DNA of 63,140 nt, filler included, from Collodictyon triciliatum (Eukaryota): the NCBI GenBank assembly GCA_043381765.1. It is 6 parts of 6 records of this genome, joined end to end, with 100 filler letters (N's around TTAATTAATTAA, not from the genome) between each part and the next. Parts side by side here need not be neighbours in the genome. Positions count along the whole stretch, not along the records: positions 39,457 to 53,189 come from JBHJMP010000604.1; positions 53,290 to 60,423 come from JBHJMP010000607.1; 4 more parts are not named here. The stretch is one strand, 5' to 3'. Below, one piece after another: positions 46,002 to 57,380 of the stretch. The stretch's first letter is position 1, and each line of letters begins with the position of its first letter. A model generated the notes under the pieces. It had not been told where the DNA came from. It was given only the letters and a program-made list of their open reading frames with translations, and ran no database searches. The position numbers and the translations under genes are program-made.

Positions 46002-48017
46002 TTTCTGTTTGATCTATGCAAAGTGTTGTATTATTATGGTCCTCTTCCTTTCTTCCTTTCTTCCTTTCTTTCATTTTTTTGTCCGCTCGATCTTTTCGAC
46101 TTCTATCGTTACTCTTTTCCTTTGGCTTCAAGAAAATGTATTGAGGACAAGCTGCCTCACAGATAGAGGAAAGGCTGAGGGCGGTGTTCGTGTGCTATAC
46201 ATATTACAGGAGCATCCATATGCGACGGCAAGTTACTAAGGAAGGATTTGATTTGTTCTCTTGTGTTGGAACAATGTCTGTGGGGAGCGATCATAGACCA
46301 ACCCAATAACCCTACCTCTGCCAGGAGGCCTTTACTTGCTTTGTTCATTACCCCTCTCTCTCTTCAGCAACTAAAGGCCAGGGGACAACTTGTTCTTTTC
46401 TTATGGTCGAATCATCTTATGACAATCTCGCTTTTGTGTGTGAGTGTGTTGTGGTCGGTTCGACTTCTACTCTGAAACACCAGGGACAATAGGAAGAGAA
46501 AAAAAAAAGACAGGATAAAAAAAGGAGTGGGGGTCTTTGCACAAGTGAATCGTATTCCTTTTCTTTTCTTTCATTTTTTTTTTTTGCCTCGTGTATCATG
46601 CAAAATATTTCAAAGTCTCTATAACTGAATAACAGAGTCAGTATTACTTTGTTATTTACACCCACAAAGCAAGAGGCAACCGAGGGATCCAACAAAACAA
46701 AGTGCGAACTTTTCGATCCTTCTGCGAATATCGAAGCCACTGGAGAGAAGGGACAGTGGGACAGTGGGACAGAGAGAGTGTGTGAGATGTACACGCTTCT
46801 CACTTATTACTTGTCTACTTTCCTCCACTGTGCGAAGAAGCCTTGTGCGAGAGTTCAACTCGTATTCTCCCTGCAGAACGCAGCAGAGAGCCACTCAGCC
46901 TTACAATAAAATTTCTTGGGTCATTCGCTTCGAACCCGTGTTTTATTTGAACAGCCCACCCCGATGACGTCACAGGATTGCAAACCAAAATTGCGTCACA
47001 CACCAACCGCACATAAGGGGTTCCGTACAACTTTCACAGTCACCAAGTATTAATCTTCATTTACTGGATAATACATATAAATCTATTATATATATTCATG
47101 TACAAACAATGAGGAGATTATATAGTAATTGTATCATTTTGTATGTAAATTCCAATTATATAGTTTTTCATGTAATGTCGGATTCTCTATATGTCCTTTT
47201 CAGTCGATTTTCATAGAATATTTTGTCCTTTTTCATTTGATAGGGCGGTGATCAAATCAAACTATCAGGCAGGCATCCAGACAGCCTATGGGAGCAACAC
47301 ACAGGCCAAAGCAAGCGCAACAGAACAGAAACCCAAGGCGTGAAGAACACAGACATGATTACGCAAACAAATCCAGTCAGCAACCAGAGCTACTTTTGAC
47401 AGCTTTCCGAGCGTCTGTTTATGCCCTGGAAACTCTGCAACCCTTTTTTNNNNNNNNNNNNNNNNNNNNNNNNNNNNNNNNNNNNNNNNNNNNNNNNNNN
47501 NNNNNNNNNNNNNNNNNNNNNNNNNNNNNNNNNNNNNNNNNNNNNNNNNNNNNNNNNNNNNNNNNNNNNNNNNNNNNNNNNNNNNNNNNNNNNNNNNNNN
47601 NNNNNNNNNNNNNNNNNNNNNNNNNNNNNNNNNNNNNNNNNNNNNNNNNNNNNNNNNNNNNNNNNNNNNNNNNNNNNNNNNNNNNNNNNNNNNNNNNNNN
47701 NNNNNNNNNNNNNNNNNNNNNNNNNNNNNNNNNNNNNNNNNNNNNNNNNNNNNNNNNNNNNNNNNNNNNNNNNNNNNNNNNNNNNNNNNNNNNNNNNNNN
47801 NNNNNNNNNNNNNNNNNNNNNNNNNNNNNNNNNNNNNNNNNNNNNNNNNNNNNNNNNNNNNNNNNNNNNNNNNNNNNNNNNNNNNNNNNNNNNNNNNNNN
47901 NNNNNNNNNNNNNNNNNNNNNNNNNNNNNNNNNNNNNNNNNNNNNNNNNNNNNNNNNNNNNNNNNNNNNNNNNNNNNNNNNNNNNNNNNNNNNNNNNNNN
48001 NNNNNNNNNNNNNNNNN

Positions 48018-48498
48018 GTTTTTTCGATTCCATTCTGGACTGGTTCCGCAGGTTCTTGCTCTCTACTTGACATGATTTCTTTTATAAATTTCCCGATTGT
48101 GTAAACAAGGCCCTTTTCTTCTTTGTGTGTGTGTAGGGTATAGCCCAATACACTATTTTCTCTCAGTATTTTTGTACTTAGGGAGTACATTATTTTTTTA
48201 TAAAATTTGTTTTTTTTACAAACAAACAAACAAAACACAAACAAAAAATATTTTCCTGAGCGTTCTCTCAAAGCGCAATAAAAAAAACTTATAACCGAAC
48301 TATTCCTACATACAAACTCATTTGATCTGCACAACCAAAGCCTCTTCTGGAAGCAGGAGATGGAACTCACCTTGGTTGGCCTTCAAAACTCGGGAAAGAC
48401 TACCCTCGTCAATGTCATTGCTGTATGTTACCATCATGCACTGAAATAACCCAGAGTCCCATTTTGTTCATGTACTCTAAAAATGGAGAACAAAATAC

Positions 48499-48557
<59 letters not shown>

Positions 48558-49824
48558 GAAGGATGTCACATATTCAACCTTTTCTTGAAGAATTTCAATA
48601 ATTACTACCATATCAATACTTAAGCGCATGTAAACAAGGAAATCGTTTTCTTCTGAATATTTTGCCCGTAATGTACTGTAGTAAACAGGGTCGCCACAAT
48701 CTATTTTCAATCTTGGGACCCATCTAATCAACAAAATTCTATTATTTGCGTTTGTAGTCAGGCCAGTTCCATGAAGATATGATTCCAACCGTGGGCTTTA
48801 ACATGCGCAAAGTGACCAAGGGAAATGTGACCATCAAGCTCTGGGACATTGGAGGCCAGCCCCGTTTCAGAAGCATGTGGGAACGATACTGTCGTGGCGT
48901 GAATTCAATCGTGTATGCTCATATATACTCAATAGTGATTTAAATAGCAAGATAATATACACCTAAGAAAACCATAGACTATAATCCGAACGAAGCGGTC
49001 ACAAATGGTGCTGTTTGATAAACCCCATGAATCCTCCTTCACTTTCAAACAAATGCTTCAGATATTGTCCTGATTCTTATCTAACATGCCAAATGATAAG
49101 TCACATTTGTCACATCATATCACCGTATCTTCAAAAGCTATGTTGTTGACTCTGCTGACCGTGAAAAAGTGGAGCAGTCCAAGAAGGAGCTCCATGATTT
49201 GCTCGAGAAACCGGCTGTAGCAGGAATTCCTTTGCTCAGTATGCCTTTGCCATGAAATTCTTTGAATTTACTGAATGAATCAATTGGTTTTTTTTCTTTT
49301 AAATAATGCATGGCAGTATCCATGTAGAACGAACAGCAAAACTCATGTGCACTCCTTAATCCATTCCTTTTTGTCGATGCTGATGAATAGTACTCGGAAA
49401 CAAGAACGACCTTCCTGGAGCTTTCACAGTCGACGAATTGATCGAGCAACTGTAATACCTTCGCATTCCATTTCCAATCGTATATATCTTTATCATTATA
49501 TTTCTCATAATACTCAGCATAGATGATATGAATGAACTAAAGGACTTTCATATCAGTTCCCGATGTAAAACAAAAACAAAAACAAAAACAAATTGACAAA
49601 TGAAGCATATGCTTGTAAAGCCTTTCTTTTGTATTATTTCACTCTCCCAAAGCCTGTGATATCTAAGATGGTTTGTTAATATACAAATCACACACATATG
49701 ATGCAGTGACTTAAAGTCCCTGAAAGGGAGAGAAGTGTGCTGCTACAGTATTTCTGCCAAGAACCAAGTAAATATTGACATCACCATGGACTGGCTCATC
49801 AAACACTCCAAGCGCCCATCATAA
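48018..49824 (+). CDS. ARL8: ADP-ribosylation factor-like GTPase 8; start codon in gap
   Basis: Exons 48018-48051, 48341-48422, 48758-48912, 49138-49238, 49391-49451, 49707-49824: [52 protein letters not shown]. Confidence 0.97.
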
Positions 49825-51264
49825 GTAATGACCATATACTATTCTGAAGGAAAACATACCGGTTTCTTGTTCGTTCTTGTCCCTATTTCTTCAAACTGTA
49901 CGCACTCTAAACGATGCATACTATTTTCCTCCAAAAAAACCTAGATGCAGCAGTTGCCCAGCAAAGCCCATGTTTGTATGGCTCTCGATGCCAGATTAAA
50001 TCATAAAAGTATGGGACATTTCTGCACCATTTCTCATGCTACAAAACCTCTCCTTTGCGTTGCTTACAACAGGAACCCAGGATTCTTTCTCTCGGCACCT
50101 TCTCAAAGGGTCTTGCGGGGGATTCCATCTTGGGTGTGAACCAGACTCTACAGATTAAACCCCATCAAAACAAAACAAACCCCACCTACCTACTATGCAT
50201 TAAAAAAAAAATGAAAAAAGAAGCGCCTACACCACTCCACTCCTTCTCCTTTCTCTTCTTTCAGATAAACAACTGCATGGGGAGCAGCTGACCAGGATAA
50301 ATAAAAGGCCGATTGGAAATTCTTTACAACATGGCGCGTTCAATGTCACTCGCGCTACCTCTTCTGCATGACAAAGGAGCGCAGCGTAGTTTTTCTCTAC
50401 TTTTCCCTTACACTTTATATTGAAAATTTGCAAAATAACCAAGATTGTAGTTCTCTTTGCACTTGGAGCGAATCGAGGTTGCAGATAAACAAGATATGAA
50501 CTGAAGAGACTTTGAATCGAATAAAGGAAAAAAAAAGATATGAACTGAAGATGCGAATCAGCGCGCAACCCATCAGCAACGCTACTTTGGGATGTTGGTT
50601 GGCCCACGAAGCAAAGCAGTAGAGGGGCAGGGCGGAGTGTATACCGTAGCGTAGAAGAGGAGGAGTGTGGCCAGTGCATATCGCCGGCTATGAATTGTGT
50701 CGCCTGGCAGCGCGAAGAGATTCGTTCTCTGCTCGAAGCCTTGCGTACCTTTCCTCTAACGCAACCCGCTCCTGCCTCCTGGAGTCCTCTCTGTGAGTCT
50801 AGTTTATCGGAGGGTCCTTTGGTCAATGCTTGTCATCGAGGTGGGCGATAGAGTCTGAAATATTCATTTTGAATGTTGAAGATGAAGTACAAGTTCGGCT
50901 TCATTTTGGGCGAAGAGATTGATAAATATCGACGCGGTTCCTTGGACGTGGGATGAGATGGTGGAGACTCCAGAACTAATAACGTTTCATTTTTTAAAAA
51001 TAAATATATCCCGTCTCCCAATGTGGCTTTGTTTGTGGATTAAAGATACAAGAATTCAATGGGCTCATCACCTAATATTGTCTGACATTTGTCGAATTTT
51101 TGGTGGTATCCCGGCGGGCAACACACAACTGCATAATTAGGTTAAAAAAATCGATTATCCACTGAGCTGCTAGATTGTAGGAAGAATCATCAGAGAAAAA
51201 ATGTGATGGGAGGAACGAACTGCGAAGATGATTGGGGGCGGTAAATCCTAGTTAGGTGAACTGT

Positions 51265-52481
51265 CTAGATGAATACTATGATTAGCGCCACGATACCAAA
51301 TAGCCCACCCCAAAGAGACCACCGGCACTAAAATTGAGAAAAGTGTCGCAAAAGTGTTCATAAAATCAAACAAACATCGTTCGAAGGATTTGGTAAGGTT
51401 GGATGAGGTTCCTCCGAATCTGCATTCCGCTTTGGATGCTTCATAGTTTCTTCTCTTGATTTTAGCTCTTTCTTAAGAGCCTGTATTCTGATAGAGTCAT
51501 AGAGGAGCTGTTGCTTTGTTACCTACGATACATGGCCTCTAAATACCCGGTTGACCAATATCTACGGAAGATATATGGGCTCAATCAACATGAGAAACAC
51601 AAACAACTCACATTGAATTGGCATTCCCTTACTCGATGCACTTCTATTGCATCATGAAATCCGCGGAATCTACAGCCTAGCATGGAGTTTGGACAAAGTT
51701 GTTCACACTCCCTTTTTATACCGCTGACTATTCCCGTTTGCTTTTGGATATGGTTGGTAGCTCCTCTGTGCTTTACATATTGACACGATGCGATGTGCGT
51801 CTCATATTCACTGATTGGGATTATACAAGGGCACCCATTAGGGTCGACATCAAGAATATCAAAGCCATTCAGAAGAACCTTTCGTGTGCCATTCGGGCAG
51901 TGTACAAGGAGGGTTTCGATCTACTTAACCCAATTCAATAAAGTTTTTGTTTACAACAAAGACATCACTTTATTGAGGATGAACAAAAAATTGTAATATT
52001 ACCAATCGTCTCAGATACACACATCTTATTCAATGAAGGGAAAACAAAAAAAAAACTACGAATTATACCTGATCTTTTACACATCTGTTTATAATTAGAC
52101 TTCCTGGTTGGAATATTTCGCGGTCTACAGGACATCTTGGTGTTCGATGGATGGATTTCATGATACAGTCTCTACAAAATGTATGTCCACATGGCAAAAT
52201 AACAGGGTCTGTGATACGGGAAAGCTTATTGTTGGTTGGTTTGTCGGTTGGTTGGTTCTCTTAAAGAGTTAAATGGCGATGACAATTATAGAAGGGTGTT
52301 ATTCTAAAATAGTAATAAACTTTACATAAAATCAAAAGGAAATTATGTGCTATCGTGCTCTATTTAAATGGCGAAAAAGGAACAAACTTACCCTCGTAGA
52401 GTCCGCAGTGCAAAGGACAGGTTAGAGCATCAGGAGGCTCGGATATGAACAGATGCATCAAAGCACTAGCAAAGATGAATC
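51265..52481 (-). CDS. TRAF7-like RING finger + TRAF-type zinc finger E3 ligase; both ends uncertain
   Basis: Exons 52481-52392, 52208-52069, 51920-51612, 51507-51376, 51327-51265: [30 protein letters not shown]...CPVDR...IETLLVHCPNG...VDPNGCP...HIASCQY. Confidence 0.8.
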
Positions 52482-53106
52482 CTGAGGTGATACAATAAAT
52501 TCATCTATAATTAATAGAGTAGACATACTTTTACTTTTAAGCTAAAACGTTTTTTTCGTAAACTTTTATATTTATGGCCTAAGAACAGTTTCCAGCAACA
52601 TTTCAAAAGCCTCTCATTTAAATTATATAAAGTTGTCAAAGAAGTTTTATTCCACTGTTTTGCTTTTCTTCTTCTCCCTTCTCCCCCACCCCTGTCATCA
52701 GAGGCGACGAGCGAAAATGATTCTGTTCTGAACAAGTTGTGTCCAGTGATTCTTGTGTTCCAAATATATCGTTTTGTGACCCAAAAGTATGAGTTCTTTT
52801 AAACTATGGCTGATGCTGATATAAAAACCAAAAAACCAAAGAACCAAAAAACCAAATAGCCAAAAAACCAAGGTGGTGATAGCCTAAAGAAGAGCGGGCA
52901 AAGGGGCTTCCATGTGTTCGCTGATCTTGTCCACTTGCTTTAAATATCCTTCAATTTCAAATATTGATAGAAGCATGCTTCTATAGAAAGAAGTATATGT
53001 CGAAAGCAATCGAAACCTGTTTCGATGATTGCAAAGTATAAAAACCGCAAATCAAAATCAGTCAGTCACGAGCAAAAGAAATACCTCTGGCACGTAGGCA
53101 GACTGA

Positions 53107-53148
<42 letters not shown>

Positions 53149-53154
53149 GAGGAG

Positions 53155-53189
<35 letters not shown>

Positions 53190-53363
53190 NNNNNNNNNNN
53201 NNNNNNNNNNNNNNNNNNNNNNNNNNNNNNNNNTTAATTAATTAANNNNNNNNNNNNNNNNNNNNNNNNNNNNNNNNNNNNNNNNNNNNAGTGAAAGAAC
53301 AGTCTCCTTAGAGCTGCTCTTTATTTGTGAGAAGGGATTTAATTGGTTTGGTATTTTCTGTAG

Positions 53364-53658
53364 TGTTTGCTGGACTGATGGCCTACAAGCCAAACCCTAC
53401 GCAGCAGAGACCTGCCCAGCCTCATGCCCAGCCTCACGCCCCAGCCCCAGCCTCTAACTCTGCCTCTCTCGTGGTAAGACTTACTCTGTAATCATACGAC
53501 AATAGTTAATAATAAAACAACAACAACAATAACAACAATAACAACAAACAACAAAAAAAGAAGAAAAGAAAGAAAAAGACCCCAGGTCATCACTACAAGC
53601 AGATACATCAGCACGCACTCACTTTTACAACCCGCAGGACTTCAACCCCTTCGATTAA
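53364..53658 (+). CDS. Two orphan terminal exons ending in an NPF motif
   Basis: Exons 53364-53473 and 53638-53658: FAGLMAYKPNPTQQRPAQ...SLV|DFNPFD*. Confidence 0.65.
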
Positions 53659-54132
53659 CGCACCAGGCGGCTCATTATACGTGCGTATTTTCCGCCAAAC
53701 GCAAACCACCCACCGCCCCCCCCCCCTTCAACATCACGCTCAGTACCCAAATTCCCACTTTTTTCTCTTCTTTTTTTGTTTCCTCTCCCTTTTTTATTTT
53801 TTAATTTTTTTTAATTCACATTCATTTCATTTCAGACATACCCCAGACCATCTTTTCCTTGCCCCAACTTTCTGGGGTGCCTTCTTCGCACGCAAAGCAA
53901 GGGGTTTCGGGTGTATACCAATCAAGACAATCCGCCTCCTCAAAACAAATTAAAAACAACAGCTCTCACGCACTACGCTCCTCGTTGCCCTTGGCGGTCC
54001 CCACCCTCGACCGTGCAGGCTTTCGTCTCTCCTCTGCCTATATTCTGTGCGTGTTCGGTTTTCCCTTGTGAATGGAAGCCTTTTCGGCTCGCTTCTCAAC
54101 GGGCTATTTAATGACCCAAGGAAAATGGTGGT

Positions 54133-56603
54133 TTATCGTATCAAAGCTAAGATGTGGTGGGTGAGGCGCTGCTGGGATGGGGGGGGGGGAGGCGTGATCC
54201 AGTGAGGAATCGAAGTGAATAATAGAGCAAAAGATAACAAAACAAGAGAGAACAAAAATAGAGAGAAAGAAAAAAAAAGAGAGAAAAAAAAAAAAGAGAG
54301 AAAAAAAAAGAGAGAAAAAAAAGAGAGAAAAAAAAGAGAAAAAAAAAAAAAAAAAGAGAGAAAAAAAAAGAGAAAAAAAAAGAGAGAGAAAAAAAAAGAG
54401 AGAGAGAAAAAAGAGAGAGAGAGAGAAAAAAAAAGAGGGAGAAAAAAGAGAAAAAAAAAAGAGAAAATCGTAGACGCACTAACCACCTTATCAAACCACA
54501 CAAGATCTCGCTTGCCACCGATGGAGAGGAGACCAAAGACTACACACAGCCCCGAGCGCGACAAGGGCACCGTCCTCAGTGAGCTCTCATTCTCCAGGTA
54601 TGTCCAGCTGTCAGAGGAGGCCTTCCTCGGTCGGACGAGGGTGCGGAGCAAAGTTGAAGCAAAGGCAGGTTCCGTAGACGAAGAAGTCTCTTCAAGGAAA
54701 ACCATCCGTCCGGGCCGAGCGAAAGCAAAGGGTGNNNNNNNNNNNNNNNNNNNNNNNNNNNNNNNNNNNNNNNNNNNNNNNNNNNNNNNNNNNNNNNNNN
54801 NNNNNNNNNNNNNNNNNNNNNNNNNNNNNNNNNNNNNNNNNNNNNNNNNNNNNNNNNNNNNNNNNNNNNNNNNNNNNNNNNNNNNNNTTTTTTTTCCTCC
54901 TCAGACCTCTAATTTTGAAGTGTAACAAAAGCTGTGCGAAAGGGAAAAGAGAATTGAAGGATAACATATGTCCTCTAAACTCACGGCTCTGTGAGGGTTT
55001 TACGAAAGGGTTGGCTCAGATAAGTTTAACCGAATACCAATCACTTGAAAGTATGATCCTAATTAAAAGCACAACACAAGAAAGTACCAAAGGAAAGTAG
55101 CGTTAAAGAACGAATGACAGACGCAGCCAAGCAGATCAAAGTGGAGCTGACTGAGCGCAGTGCCATGGTTTAACTGGACTCCATAATACTTAACCTCACA
55201 CATACCAACATACATCCAAAGTTGATCTTTTGTGATAATACCAGATCTGTATCTTAGTAGACTTTTCTTACTTTTCAATAAGCTTCCTTTCAGCTCTTTT
55301 TTTTTTTGGAAATAAATAACCAACTCAATAACTTCTCATACCATCGCAGATCGTCAACGAAATCACAGCAATAGTCCAGAAATCCTCTCGAGGCACCGAG
55401 GCTCAGGAGGTTTTATTTAGACGATAATTTTTCTTTTATTATCAATCTATTTATCATTTTTCTTGTTGAGTCGTGTTTGAGAGGATGTCTTTTTTTCTTG
55501 GTTTGCGATTCATTTTGGTATTCTTTGACGAAAATACTTAAGATGCATACTTCAAAGGAATTGTTAAGGACTGCTAAGGCGTTCGCTCCCCTTGAAGATG
55601 TTGTCAAGGCAACCGAAGATGTATAATTCAATTTACTTGCTTTAAAAATATTGTGATGTTGTGAGAGACTCACTCGTGACCTTTTTAATACATCTTTATT
55701 TGCTTATATCAGCATCTAGCGAATATTTTCCATGCCTAATGTCATAATGAACTATCTTTCCAGTATGTTCTACGACAAACTTTTCAATCACTCCAGGAAT
55801 TGAAGCAACAGTAGTATTTTCATTCCCGAATTTATTTTATCTTGTGATATAATTTTAAAATGTGAGTCAAATGAGATAATCTAATTTAAAAAAAAAAACG
55901 TTTCTTTCTCTTTATCGCAAAGTAAACCAACCACCTCTATTTTTTTCCTTTATTCGATTCAAAGAACCAACCACCTCTATTTAATAACCTTTTCAATTTT
56001 AGGATTCAATACGCCACCGTCAGGTTCAGCTTGAAATATATATCCCTTATCCTTTTTCCCCTTTTTTTCCCCCATCGATCGATTCAACGCAGTCTAAATC
56101 TATTCAAATTTTATCATCACAAAAGAAAAAAACTATTAGTAGTGATACAGGTATCACATTACTAAAATCGACACAAACCATCTGCAGTGCTGTTACAATT
56201 CCTGGGGCAAATTCCCAAATGAAGGAGACAATCCGATTGTTTTATGCCAATCCTAATACTTTTGAAGATTCGTCCCAGGCCACACAATCACCGCCACAGT
56301 AAGCAATGGCCGTCACGAACGCATGGAAAATAAACGCGACTTCACCTAATCATCCCATCATCACATTATAGCACAATCACACGACCCAACAGCACATAGC
56401 TCTGTAATTACAAATCTGGAATACATTTATTTATATATATTTAACTCCATTTTATTCCTTATTATATAATATAGTATATAAATGTCAATCAAAATATATG
56501 AATAGCATGCGTGCTTCTTTCTGGACTGTTCGTCACCCACTACATGTCATAACGGTCATATGGCCGGTTTCTTGGTTCATATCCAGGAAAACACAATTCT
56601 TTT
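54133..56603 (-). CDS. Multi-exon hypothetical protein, weakly APC4-like
   Basis: GT-AG-bounded open exons (CVAWDESSKVLG; DLRWYEKLL; VPLSRSGLCVVF...LVWFDK|QRLTHHILALIR*); APC4 resemblance is loose; 5' end may lie near 57250. Confidence 0.35.
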
Positions 56604-57380
56604 CTATGTATGGAATTTTGTCGTGTATTCATTCAAATATGTCCTAATAAGTGTAAATTATATGAATTAATATGTCTCTTTTATTCTATCCCTCATCTCC
56701 AGCCGGTCACCCAACCACACGCGATTGATCTCGATCACGAATCGAAGCTGAGCTTTCCTGCAGCAAGTGCAAAAGGAGGAAAAAAAAAGAAAATAAAAAA
56801 GAAAATAAAAAAGAAAATAAAAAAGAAAATAAAAAAGAAAATAAAAAAAATAAAATAAAAGAAAGCAAAAAGAAAAGGAAAAATAAAAAGAACAAAATAG
56901 AAAATAAAAAGAAAACATAAATAAAGGAAAAAACAAAATAGAAAATAAAAAAGAAAAAGGAAAAGAGGATAAAAAAGAAAAAAGAAGCTGAGCCAAATAG
57001 AATACTTTGAAGTAGCTGAAGCAGACACAAATCGCAAACAATGCCAGCACGATCAAAACACACAGTCAAGAACCCTGCAAGCCAGAAGCTCAACAATAAT
57101 TTTTTTGAAGAGACGCAATATATTGTTTGAATGAGAGTATATTAAATATTATGCTGAACAAAGGAAAGACAAAGTCTCTGTAATGCCCGCTGATTGTCGT
57201 GTACAAAAGAGTTCGCTGCAGACCAGCATATACACCCACACAAACCCTGTTGACACGAACCCTTCCTTTATCGATCCAAGACACCTAGCATCTCAATTGC
57301 ACACAACTACCCAGAAGGCACATTTTTTTTCCCTCCTTGTGTTCTAGGAGTTTACCCAGAAAGAATCTTTCAGTCCTCCA

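Noticed and set aside
51699-51941. Plus-strand 80-aa ORF
   Set aside because: Antisense to the TRAF-type zinc-finger exon
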